A stretch of DNA of 64,000 nt from Callorhinchus milii. Lineage: Eukaryota. The first letter of the stretch is position 1. Each line of letters opens with the position of its first letter. The translations under genes were made by a program, and so were the position numbers. The notes beneath the pieces are model-generated. The model saw only the letters and a program-made list of their open reading frames with translations, was not told the DNA's origin and made no database searches. The DNA lies in contig NW_024704743.1 of the NCBI RefSeq assembly GCF_018977255.1, positions 69,318,001 through 69,382,000 on the forward strand. Reading direction: 5' to 3'. Below, piece by piece: positions 50,326 through 62,425 of this stretch.

Positions 50326-53300
50326 CTGTAACATACAAAGAAAGCTAAAGTCAACATTAAACATGTAAAGGAAACCCTCACCATCCGGCTCTGACATCAC
50401 TAATTGATATCTGTGTTACATACAGCAAACACGACTGTAATTGTACATAAGGATTCTACATACATAAATCCAGATTTGTAAGACTGCAATTATACACACA
50501 GCATTCAAACCAAATATCTAAACTTCATTGCGAAATTTGATACAATATAGTGTCAATTTCTTTAGCCTGAGGAGAGATCACTAGAAAAATCAGAGTTTTC
50601 AATACTGCATTCATTCACAAAACTGAATACAACCATCTTTCCAGTTTATGTAATTTGACTACTAAACCTTGAAGATTAAAATCCTGGGGCCTCAATTTTT
50701 CCTCTCTGCAAATTTTTTTCTGCCCTTCCATAAACAGATCAAGAAAACAATCCATATTTGGATGCACACAGTTGACTAGTCAAATGGATAGAGCAAATAT
50801 GTCAATACTTTTAGACAAGCTGAAATATGCTCACCCTTCCATCCTCAGGCGAACGGGACTTTGACATGGGTTGAGAAAAATGCTCATACTTTTCCCAAGA
50901 TTTTTTAGAAGTAAAAGTGGGAGAGTCATCATCCACCTCCTCCAGAACAACAATACACACTCGACTCATCCGATCCCGTTAACACACAAATGTTATAATC
51001 TTCTTTATTCACAGGGACCGTACCTGCACTGCCGTCACAGATCCTATTGCGTTACTAAGAGCAGTTTCCTAGGTTGGAGAGTATACACTGCTCTTATCCA
51101 TAATCCGCATGCAGAAATGGCTTATAGTCCACTATAAACACGTTTAGCTCCGGTGCTAACACATGTGCTGATTATGTTGAACTGATTTCTTATTTGAGAG
51201 TAACCCCAATGCAGCACTGCTGTTGTTATGGGTGACACAACACCATTCTTTAAATAGTAAAGCAAATCATGTGGTTTAGACCGTCAGTGAATTAAGAAGG
51301 CACAGAAGCCCAGCAGCTTTCTGTAACAGACACTGAAGAATGTTTTCCCTCTGTACAGTCGGTTCTCATCATGCCAGACCAAAGCTGTATCCAGAAGCGA
51401 CTGCAAACCAATCTCTTGTGAAAGGATTCACTTAATGAACTCCTGTGGTACGATTGAACATAGGCCACATGGGAGAAATAATCCTTGCTGCAATAAGGTG
51501 GAAAACACAAGCGTGACCCAGAAACAGATGAGGACACTTACTCAGTCAGCGATGGTGCCTGTGCTGAGCAGTCACTTTTCTCCGGCAGTTACACTGCAGG
51601 ATCTCCAATGTGAAACGCAATGAGCTGAAAAGATGCTGCCTGGTGTGTTTGTATAGCACTGAATAAGCAACAAGGACAATGCAGAAATGTTCTGAATGTA
51701 CACTTTGTTGAGCAAGCAGCACATAAACAGTTTCGTTTTGTCACAATTTACAGGAAAGCAGCATTCATTTTCAACATGGTAATTGCAGAGGAGAGGAAAA
51801 ACAGCTCTGACTATGGTATTTTCCTCATGTACTTCACGTCAAGCTTCTGTCAGGCTGCCAGTTCAACGGCTGTGCTTCATTATCCATTAATTGCAAGTTC
51901 CAGCTTTATGCAATGCATTTACTTCAAAAATCTTTGCTTTTTTCCCAAAGCCCACAACAGGAATTGGTTGATACAGTAAAAAACATCAAGCACGCATGAA
52001 TGGCACAAACAAAACGGCAGATCTGTAGGTTGAAACGCATTTCAACATTGCCGTACAAATCCCAGATGGAGCAGTAGCAGAATTCTGGTAGCTGCCTCTC
52101 TTTCGCAGTGCTCTCTGGCCTCCTTTTCCACTTCAACTGTGTATGCCAGAGCTGTGAATAATCACCAATCTGACCAGTAAGACAGCTTCATAGCAGATAG
52201 CTGCAATTTAACAAATTTCCGTTGGAAGACGCACAGAAATGTGGCTCACTAACTGGCTGACTAACCCTGCTGTAGTGAGAACCTAACAATAAAAGCAATT
52301 TACATTTATTTCCAGGATAAAAATAACTAGTTATAGTGTTCATTCTTCCTTATGGTCCCCAGAAGTGCAATCATACCAAAACAGAACCCGACTGCAATAG
52401 CCAGGTTATTTCAAACAGTTAATATTGCTCACAGAAATACCAGAACAAAGCTCCAATGATTCTGTAAAAGAGCAACGTCTGAAGCTACAAATGGATCAGA
52501 AATGCTTTACAGTATTTCCTGCAGCCACAAAAAAGGACTAAATACAGACAACTAAACTTACAAGCAATTTTTAAACACAGTAAAATTTCATCCTGCATAT
52601 TCATACTTGTTTTTAATGTGATCCATGGAAGGAAAAACAAAACATTTTTTAAAAAATGGATTTATCATAAAGATTTCTAACTTTTTGAAATAGCAGCTAG
52701 CATCAGAAGTGCTGGTAAAAAAGTGCAATGAAATGTCATCTTGTTTCTTTTTTTTTAAAAATCACAAATTACCTACCTAAAAAGATCTAAAATGCCTCTT
52801 TACCAGTCTTCAGATCGCACCGGAAGATCTTCCTCTTTGACCGTACCAAAGTCACCTCCACTCTCTCACTGACTCAGTATCAGGCTCCGCCACTGTTAAA
52901 TGGTCCAAAATGCTACCCCATGTAAAGTGCACTACATAAATGAAAGTTATTGTTGTTGATGGTTATATACTCTAAATGATTCAGCTTCAGAAAGAAAATC
53001 ATCTATATTCATCTGAAATTCAGACTTGCTACTCTTACTGCACAAATTTGATAACTTCAAATTGGTATCCAGGTCAATAAGTGCTTTGTGTCTCTATCTA
53101 ATAGAAACTGGGTTCAGGTTATCCAAACTCATTATTTAGAGGATTCATAGCAAAAATCTCATCAATGTGAGATGAGTTGAAAAGGATAGTGTGATAACCC
53201 ACTGGAATCAAGTTGAGAAAGTAATGCAATTAAACCAGGGGGTCAACAGTGTTAGAGGAAGGAGGAAAGATAACGAACAACACAAACCAAAACAAGAGGT

Positions 53301-54973
53301 TATAATTTGTGATTTGCATTTCCTGTTTCAGCAGACTTGACGAAGATATGAGACAGCAGTTTTGAATTCTAACTCCAGATGATAGCCCTGGAGCTCATTA
53401 TAAAGAACGTTTAAATTTGCAACAGAACTTGAAATAATAAGCCATTCAAAGACACCAGCACCCATTCCAAATAGTTCAAATTGCCACCTACTGCTTAACA
53501 CACTCACTTCTGGGAAATATTCTCAGTCTTTTTAAAGTGACTGTAAATTGTGATGGTAAATTGTGATGCCCCAAATCAATTCCGTACATTGAGCAGCTCA
53601 GAGAAAGAAAGCCACCATTCTCTCTTCATTTCAAATATCTTAAAACATGTACCACCCATTTCTAGAATCGTGACTCATTCTTAATAAAGTTAGACAGAGA
53701 ATGAGTCACAGAAGGAATCAACCAGTCACTGGAATGTATACATTTGTTCTAACCCAAAGGAAAATTGAAACGATCTCCATGACAACTTATTTATAACCAT
53801 TATTCTGGCACCACTGAAGCAGGATCGCCCAGATATTTTTTTAAGAAAGTCAGCCGGATGTGACATACACAGATTCCCATCACCTTCCTTAAGATATCCA
53901 AACCAAACAGAGTTCTATGCATCTCACCTATACATGGCAATTCCCGACATATGTATTGGAATCTCTCTCCCTGGAGACATGTATCCTGCTTACTTAATTC
54001 TGAAAGTATTAGGCACAAGTTGACAAGAGCTGAGGCTTGGGGAGCCCATGGTTTGCATTGGGGTATTGCTGGAGACCAACCAGCCAAAACTGCATAGCTT
54101 GTCATTGAGACCACTGTCTGGCAAGCTTTCCTGCTGCTTGTCCAGCTCGGACCATCTTGGATGTTACTGTTCAGCTAATGATGCAATTCACATAAACAAT
54201 AGCTGCAACATTTTACAGAAACTGCCAACTTTCTTATCTCATTGAATTCTCTAACAAGTGAGACACTGACATCTGTAGTATATAAAAGGACTTAAAGATT
54301 CACTGAGAAAGCACAGCTGATAACCTCAACCACGGAAAGGTAAGAATATTTTAAATCTTGGAAATTGTGAGATAGAAGCATTTGCAGGACTAATATAATG
54401 CTGATTTTTAAACAGACAAAAAATGTCAATTAAATTCTGCTTTTGGGAAATCAGTGGCAACTATATTTCACATGGATTAACAAGCAAAGCTGGTAATGTG
54501 GTGCTGGTTTCACAATGGTTAAGCTACCACTGCAGATTACAGCAAGTTGCAGTTTTCTTCAGAAGTCATTTGTGCAATAAATAGCCACGTCAGTCACTTC
54601 TTGCACAGAGTAGACTGCTAGATCATATTTTAGAAGTACCTCAGAAGTACTTGTTGAGAAGTCGCTTTCATATCTACAACCAATTACACAATGAAAATGA
54701 ACAGTAAATATGTCAAACAATTTGAAATAGTCAACTGGCAGGCACAAGTAACAGTGTTGTTCAATGGAGTAGTGTGACAGACTAAAACACAGAACCCTGC
54801 TTAGATTTTGGCCAGGCGGGGCAAGAGCTAAACACAGCTTGGTGTTTTACTATGTGGGGAAAAAGGTCTATTTTGAGAAGACGTGCCATGATGCAATCAC
54901 ACACAATCTAGTTTTACAACTCTATTTGTAGAGGGATGTGTTCACCCATGAGAGATGAGAGAGTGAGTGTTAT

Positions 54974-55007
54974 GGGGGGCAGGGGGCGGGGGGGGGGGGG
55001 GGGGGGG
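54974..55007. repeat. Poly-G tract (G-quadruplex capable)
   Basis: ggggggcaggggg c followed by about 20 G. Confidence 0.85.
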
Positions 55008-55195
55008 AAGAAACAAGGAGACAATGAAGAAAAATTATTGGATTTTATAAATTCAGAATATATTGAAAAAAGGCCTCTAACAATATATACAGTAAAACAA
55101 GGCAAGGTTATCAACCCAGCTGCTTGCTTCGCGCAGCCAGGCACTGGCTGCTTCATGCCATATCCGTTCCATCATTGACGGTTGGGCTTTCAGTT

Positions 55196-55451
55196 CCACT
55201 CGGTTAGAGCAAGAGACCTGGGTTCAAATCCCAGCAGGATGAAAGCTTGGGCAAATTTCCTTACTCTACACGCCTGATAATTCCTCAAAAAATTGGTCAC
55301 TTTTAATAGTTTGTAGGAAACTGCTGTGCGCATTCGGCTGCCGCGTTTCACCCACAAAAATAGTCAATTCACTTTACAGTATATTCTGTGCAGCGCTTTG
55401 AGATGTCTAGAAGATGTGAAAAGCGCTATATCCAATGCAAGGATTATTATT
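55196..55451 (+). mobile_element. SINE family Y, partly deleted head
   Basis: gagacctgggttcaaatcc B box, core and tail. Confidence 0.85.
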
Positions 55452-56469
55452 TTTATTACTCTCTTGAATTCTATCTCTGATTCGCCTCCTCCCCCACCTC
55501 TTTCAAAGTTGGTCTTGAGACCTTACTCTTTGACTGCACCTTCGGTCATCTTTCTTCTCCCCAACCCCTTGATCCCACCCTCAGGTCAGACTGTCCAAGG
55601 ACTATCATACAGTTTGGAACGTCCTATCGCCCTGAATGGCACTATATAAAAATAAACTTGCATTTGTATTTATACAACAGCTTTCGAGTAGGGCAACATC
55701 TCAAAACACAGGACAAAGATGGCGTGAGATGTCGAGGAAGGGGATACGTAGGCAGTCGCTGGCACAGTTGAAGATGAATGTTTTAAGGTGAAATTTAAGA
55801 CAGATATTGAGGGGACCAGATAGAGGCCTTGAGGAAGGGAGTTCCGGAGGTCAGGACCATAGAATTGGAAAGGTTAGCCAAACCAAAACAAGACATTTGA
55901 AAGGAATCAAGCATCTAACAGTAAGATACCAATAGATGATTGTGCAAACTCCTAAATCTATTCAATGGGCTAAATCTATGTTAGTTTCAGTACCTTTCTA
56001 TTTTTGAAACTGGTCAATCCGAATGAATTCCAAAATACATTAGCACAATTTCCTACAAAATTCTTATTGGATTTGCATTCATAGGTCTGATTCATTCACT
56101 CTCTTGCCCTGTGTTTTTGATCGAATAATCAAAGAGATTTAATTCCTCTCCTCCTTTGAGTTTTTTGAAATTATTTGAATAAAAATATGTTCTGATTTGG
56201 AATGAGCTCTAAAATGCCAATAACTATTATATCACTGTCTCCATCTTATTAAACTTTGGCTAGTTAGTGCTGTATCTATATTAAACCTTTTATGGAGAAA
56301 TCTGGAAACAACAGTTCTAGAATGATTTCAAATGAAATACAGTAAACTACTGATAAAATAATAATAAAATAATTATTAATTATGTATTTCATTATATATA
56401 ATTATAACTTGTGACTCCAAAGGAAAAGGGCTCAGTGATGAGTTACATTAAGCTAGAGTTGAGTTATAG

Positions 56470-56835
56470 GACCATGGAAACTGCTAGATGAAAAAACATC
56501 AAGGTCCATTCAGTTTGCCTTCCTTCCACCATCCCGGCAGTCGCATGCACAAGTCATGCCCTGAACTACTTATATATTGTGTCCTAAATTTTATTTCCTA
56601 AAAGAAATCTCTAATTTTCATTTGAAAGAACCAATACTTTCTCTTTGCACCACTTCCCTCTGGAGCCTGTTCCATAGATTTACACTCACTTACTGAAATA
56701 ATGTTTCTGCAGAATTGTTTTGAATTTACCCCCCTTCAATCGCAGGCCTCTAGTTCTACTGTTCGGGAGAAGATGAACTTGTCATGGTCTACATTATCTA
56801 GTCCTTTTAGAATCTTAAAACCAGCAATTATATCA
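56470..56835 (-). mobile_element. Old CR1 3' fragment
   Basis: caccacttccc...cctgttccatagattt...tcttaaaaccagcaattatatc is the reverse complement of a CR1 ORF2 end. Confidence 0.6.
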
Positions 56836-57389
56836 GTTATCAGGAGTTTACTGATTTGATTTTTCTGTATTTTGAGAAAAAAACTTTTTTTTTTGAATTT
56901 CTATAAAGTCTTGGGTGCTTTAATTGGAAACCATCTTGCTTTAGTGCAACGATGACCTTGTCAGCTAAAATACTGATGGTTAGTTTCAGTTTCTTTCAAG
57001 GTAAATAAAATCACAGATCAAACTTTGGAATCAATTGTGTCTAAAGTGTTGATTAGTCCTGGATCATTCCCATTTGCAGTGTTTGTTGGCTACGAGCCTA
57101 TCATTCATTTAGGAAAATGTGCTGTTTGTTCTAATTGATAGACTTCATCTGTACTATATTGAGAATTGAGGTCTTGTCTTTCAATCAATCTGCTAATCAC
57201 TTTAGTTAAAACATGAAGATCTGAACAATGTTTTCCCAATTGATTCTTAAAATGCATACAATCAAACTTTTTTTATATACTTGAATAAACTTTACTTTCT
57301 GAATAAGTTTATAATAGAAATATATTCTCACATTTATAAAGATGAGTGTTGAATACAGTATGAAAATTGGGAAGTTATATGAGAGTTGT

Positions 57390-57697
57390 ATAATAATAAC
57401 CCTTGCATTTGATATAGTGCTTTTTCACAACTTCTCAACATCTCTAAGCGCTTCACAGAATAAACTGTAAAGTGAATTGACCGTATATTTGTGGGTGAAA
57501 TTCAGCAGCCAATTGCACACAGTAGTGTCCCATAAACAGTCGTGGACTGAAAATGACCAATTTATTATTGTTTTGTGTTGGAGGGATTATTATTAGGTGT
57601 GTGGAGCAGGGAAACTTGCCCAAGGTTTTGCCCTGTCTGGAATTGAAGCCAGGTCTCGCTTGCAAGGCGAGTGCTCTAACCACTGAGCTACAGGACT
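57390..57697 (-). mobile_element. Full-length SINE family Y
   Basis: Head cactgagctacaggact on +, core, (TAA)n tail. Confidence 0.9.
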
Positions 57698-57724
57698 AAG
57701 GTAAAAGACCATTGTTTTTGCCCT

Positions 57725-58210
57725 TATTTGTAGCATTGCATTCAATTTTGGGTGTCTTATCACAGGAAGGAGAGGACAGGTTCACTAGAATGATGCTGGG
57801 ATTTAAAGCTGGCCAAGTTTAATATTTTCTTCTACTTTAGCAGAGAAGATTGAGAGGAAATATGATCTAGATTTTTAATATTGTGATTGGACAAAATTGG
57901 ATAAATCAAGAGAAATTATTTCCTTTAGTTAAGAAATTGGTGACAAGAGGGCAGTCTCAGAATGGGTGGCAAATTAAGGGATTTTTCTCATTTATAGGAT
58001 TGTTAAGAGTTTGAGATTAATTGTCTCAAGTGGCTATTGAGGCTAGATCAATGGAATCAATCAAAAAAAAGAACTTGTCAAGCACCCAAACAGTAAACAA
58101 ATATTAAGGTGTACTAGGAAAGACTGGAAGGTGAGAATAATAATAGTGTATCTTAGAAAACAGGTAGCAGGGAGATGAGACTAAGTGTCCTCCTCCTGTG
58201 TGAACATTTC
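57725..58210 (+). mobile_element. Old CR1 3' fragment
   Basis: ttcaattttggg...aggttcactagaatgatg...agaagattgagaggaaatatgat...aaattatttccttt, colinear with the 135-1477 element. Confidence 0.65.
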
Positions 58211-58331
58211 TAATGAACAGGTTAAGCACAAATAGAGTACTCTCATTGAGTTTTATTGAAGTCCTTTAAATGCTGTATTATAACAAATTATTTACAAATC
58301 CCTTTGGCCTTTACTTATCAGTCGGTGTTGA

Positions 58332-58519
58332 TAATCATCTCTATACTGAACAGTGACTCAGTATTTCAGTATACTCAGTACATTGGGACATCCTCCCGAC
58401 ATGAAAGGCACTACACAAATGTAATTTTATTGTTGAGTATTTGGAAAGAGATACATAGTTAGCTGGAAAAATCCCGACTTTTCCTTCCCACTAGTCAAAC
58501 TTCGAGTCAGTCTAAGACG
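58332..58519 (+). repeat. Copy 1 of a ~190-bp local direct duplication (copy 2 at 60735-60934)
   Basis: Directly alignable, with scattered substitutions and one 12-nt indel. Confidence 0.9.
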
Positions 58520-59208
58520 TCACAGTGATTCTGTCGTTGGCATTGAAGTCCAGGTCACATGGAGCTTGTCCTTCGAATGAGTGTAACGCTGTCACAACTA
58601 AAGGGTCATCTCACGAGTTTCCTCCTAATCCTTCATTCCCAGGTGATCGTGTTTGCTGTGGCCTGGATGTAAGTTTCTGTGGTTCTCCAGCCTTTGGTTG
58701 CATTTTGGATATGATTTTTGTCTCGCTGGTAACCAATTTGGTATTTAACCATTTTCATAATAGAGAATTGATACAAATAGTGTGAAAGACAATAAATGTA
58801 ATGAACAATCACTTCTACTGCAGTAGCTTTACTTGTGCTGCTAGGATCTGCAACATTCACTTCATAGCTGTTTGTGGGACATTCCTGTGTAGATTGGCTG
58901 CCATTTTCACCTACAAAGTAGTCACTACTTTATAGTGTACTAGCTGTACCCATTGCAGCTTCACTTGCATAAGTTCAGGTGTAGTATGTAAAGCTCTGAC
59001 GTTGGGGTGAGTACGTATACACTCATGATTAATTTTGTATTCAATATTTTTAAAATACCCTTGATTGTTGAAATTTAATATTCAGACCTCTAAAGCATTA
59101 GGAAAAAAATATCCTACCAGGTATGCATATGCAGAACAAGGAATTATTGCCATGTCCACAAAAATGTACAATATGAAGTGAACTCTTCTCCCTGTGCCTT
59201 TGCACTTG

Positions 59209-59467
59209 AACAACAACAACAAGATTGCATTTATAGAGCGGCTTTCACGTCGGGAGGACGTCCCAAGGCGCTGGACAGTTGGGTCAGGACCCGAGGAGGG
59301 GGGAAATGGTCAGAGTGAGGGGAGGGAAGGGAGCGAGGAGGGAGTAGAGAGTCGAGAGGGGAGGTGAAGGCACGGTTGAAGAGAAAGGTCTTGAGACCGG
59401 CCTTGAAGGAGGAAAGGGAGGAAGCAATGCGAAGGCACTGGAGGATGGAGCTCCAGAGCCTCGGGGC
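59209..59467 (-). mobile_element. L2 3' end, close relative of the 41308 copy
   Basis: Reverse complement is nearly identical to about 41494-41752. Confidence 0.9.
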
Positions 59468-59721
59468 CTAGAAACAAACGCGCTTTAACAAACAAGTTAA
59501 TTTATTCCTTTGTACTAACATCTGACAGTTTTATAGTTAAGTAAAATATATTGCTTCTGTAGGGTGAGTGTTTTTATGCTGAAACAATCATTTTAGTTTA
59601 GAGAGAACAGAGAAAGCAGGTCTTCAGCCTCAAGGTCCCCAATACAAGCTTTTCTACCAACAAATAACCTCCTTTAAAAGATGTTTGTTTAAGGATTTAT
59701 CTCGGCATTTACAATCAAAGC

Positions 59722-60124
59722 TTGGTTCAGTGGGTAGCATTCTAGTCTCAGAGTCAGAAGGTTGTGGGTTCAAGCCCCACATTGAAACTCGTATAGTCTA
59801 GGCTGATATTCCAATGCAGTGCTGAGGACATGTTAAGGTCCATCAGATGAGATGTTAAAGCGTGGTCCTATCCGTGCCTTTTCAGGTCGATCTTAAAGGT
59901 GGCACTATTTGAAAAGGGAATTTCTCCTGGTGTCCTGGCTAACAACCTCCAAGTAAAATTGGTCATTCACTTATAGTTCTTTGTTTGGGCTTAGCTATGC
60001 ACAAATTGGTTGCTGTATTTATCTACAAAATACACAGCCATTCCACTCCTCGGTATTATCATGTGAAGCACTTTTGAGATATCCTCACGACATGAAATAA
60101 GCTTTATCAAATGGAAGGATTATT
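59722..60124 (+). mobile_element. Older tRNA-head DeuSINE with longer Deu domain (SacSINE1/AmnSINE-like); family O
   Basis: Head tagcattct..gagtcagaaggttgtgggttcaagccccac; Deu-like cagatgagatgttaaa...ttcagg...ggcactatttgaa...ctcctggtgtcctggc; L2-like tail. Confidence 0.75.
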
Positions 60125-60734
60125 GAATACATGAACTATTTTCAAAGGAAGACATAAAAAAACAAATAAAAAAGACTGAGTTGATATTTTCCAAGCGGTT
60201 TCAATATTGCAGCTGAGTACCCACCTATTACATAAGAATGCAGCCTCTTATAAAAGCAGCATGTGCAACTCCATCCTGCCAGCAAATCTCATCTGGCATT
60301 TAAGGTCGAATCAAATTTAAAGCAAGATTCTCAGAACACAGCTAACTGATTCATAGACCACAGCAATTTTCCTGGAACAGTGGGAGCACCCACATTCCCA
60401 ACTACAGGATGCTTGCTGCATCATTCAAACACTTTCACAAGCTTGAGCTTTGGGCATTTCCAAATGAGAGACAAGAGAATCCCTGTCTAGCTACCAGCAA
60501 TTTGTCCTCACCCCTCCTATTTATACTAGAAGAGCTGGAAAGTCCAAAAATTCCCTTACTCTGATCTGTATTTGAATGCCAAACAAGCTGTTTTTTTTCA
60601 CAAGGTTATACTTTCTACTTTAGGTGAGTGTGTTCAATCTGGGTGAGAGAACAGAGCAGATGGTGGAAAATTCCCACTTTTATGGGCTTATCCCAAGCGC
60701 CATCAAATCAGACCTAAACAAACCTAAACACTGC

Positions 60735-60934
60735 TAATCATCTCTATACTGAACAGTGACTCAGTATTTCAGTACACTCAGTACCTTGGGATATCCTCCC
60801 GATGTGAAAGGCGCTACACAAATGTAATTTTATTGTTGAGTATTTGGAAAGCGATACATAGTTAGCTGGAAAAATCCTGACTTTTCCTCCAAATTTTCTT
60901 TCCCACTAGTCAAACTTCAAGTCAGCCTGAGACG
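60735..60934 (+). repeat. Copy 2 of the ~190-bp local direct duplication
   Basis: taatcatctctatactgaacagtgactcag...cccactagtcaaactt. Confidence 0.9.
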
Positions 60935-62099
60935 CACTATGAAGATAATTTGCACTTTAAAAATAAAACTTATGCTAAACAGAAACTCTTCAGTCAAACA
61001 GATTCATAGCAATTCTCTGAACCAAGCATTCCTTAAATAAATTGTGGGAATTGGGCAGCAGCAGCAAAAAAAAACATGGATGCCAAACAGAATGGAAATC
61101 TCCCAACACGTTCATGATCGCATTCACCGGTTGTAATTGTCTCAACTTATCCTGCTCTCAAACAGTCAACACATTATCTGACTGACATACATTAGTCCTA
61201 TTTGGACCATGCAATTATTTTTAGTATTATTATTAACACCAAAGTGCATGCAGCAAAGCTGAAAATATCAACAACTTTTAGATTACAGAAAAATGCAAGG
61301 TGCCTATCAGTTCTAAGGTTCTACAAAATAAATCAATGGTCAATAAACTCAGTAACTGCATATATTAGGCTACAAATCAGAAATGAATATGCTCCAACCC
61401 CCAATTTGGTAATTGCTCAAATTTGGCAATATTCAGTCTTCATTAATAGATTATACTTATTGGTTCATAAAGTATATTGTACTCCTGGAAGATTGCTCAA
61501 TACTTTTAGAAATGGTAAGCTCCTCAGACCAATCACATTTAATAAGTGTTTGCAATGAAAGTATTTTTGGAACCATTGGGCATCTTGGTAAGTCACTCTT
61601 TTGATAAATGCTCAAAGTAAGTGAAAATGTATAAATCTTCTTGACAGAGTCCTGCCTAATCCATTTTGCATAGTAGCTGAAGCTCCAGACATAAACAGGA
61701 TGAAGGACTGAAAATCAGTGTTAAGTGAACTAAATCCTGGTTCGGCTTCAAAAAAAATCTAGCTGAGCAAGATTCCACCAAAGAGGAAGGCCATGTCCCC
61801 AACCATGGGGCTCTGCCATCAGAAACACACTTGGCAATTAATCAGACCACCAAATTAATTGAATGCTTTCAATGTTGTTTGCAAGTCATTCATGAAACAG
61901 CTGAATATGAATCTGGAAAGTTTTCCAAAATGCACTACTTCATTAACAGATGGCCTGCCCTTACACGTGTTAAATATTTAAAAAAAATTCGGTGCTTAAA
62001 CAAAGCACAGGCTAAATAATGAGTGACAAGCATCAGCAATGCCAAAAAAAAAAAAATTTTCTGCAATGCTTTCAAAGCGTTTCCCCAAAAACAAAGATT

Positions 62100-62425
62100 G
62101 CAGGCTCAAGCCCCATATAGGAGTTTGAGCTCCATCCGGGCTGACTGGAGGGCTGCGGGAACAATGCATTGTCTAATGTCCTTCAGAAGTTATATGTTAA
62201 ATCAAGATGTTGTCTGCCTATTCAGGTGGACATTAAAGTTCCTAAGGCACAATCTGAAAAGAGACGGGACAAGAATCCTCAGCGACTTCATGGATGTTTG
62301 TGGTACATTGCTGTGGGCAAATTGGCTGCCATGTTCAGCTATAAATAGTGACTATAGTCAAAGTGACTATTCTGAGAAAATTTACAAACCATTTTGAGAC
62401 ATTCTTGACCTAATAGGTGCAATAA
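62100..62425 (+). mobile_element. Degenerate SINE family O
   Basis: ctcaagcccca...ttcaggtggacattaaag...ttgctgtgggcaaattggctgcc. Confidence 0.6.

Noticed and set aside
50080..50400. ORF suggesting an N-terminus MSEPDGEGFLYMF...
   Set aside because: The extension runs through the pyrimidine tract and acceptor of the 84-nt exon, so it is best read as intron read-through.
55900..56250. Possible L1/Tx1 RT remnant on minus (SKEE.GLNLFDY-like)
   Set aside because: Requires frameshifts and rests on one short motif; not supportable by eye.
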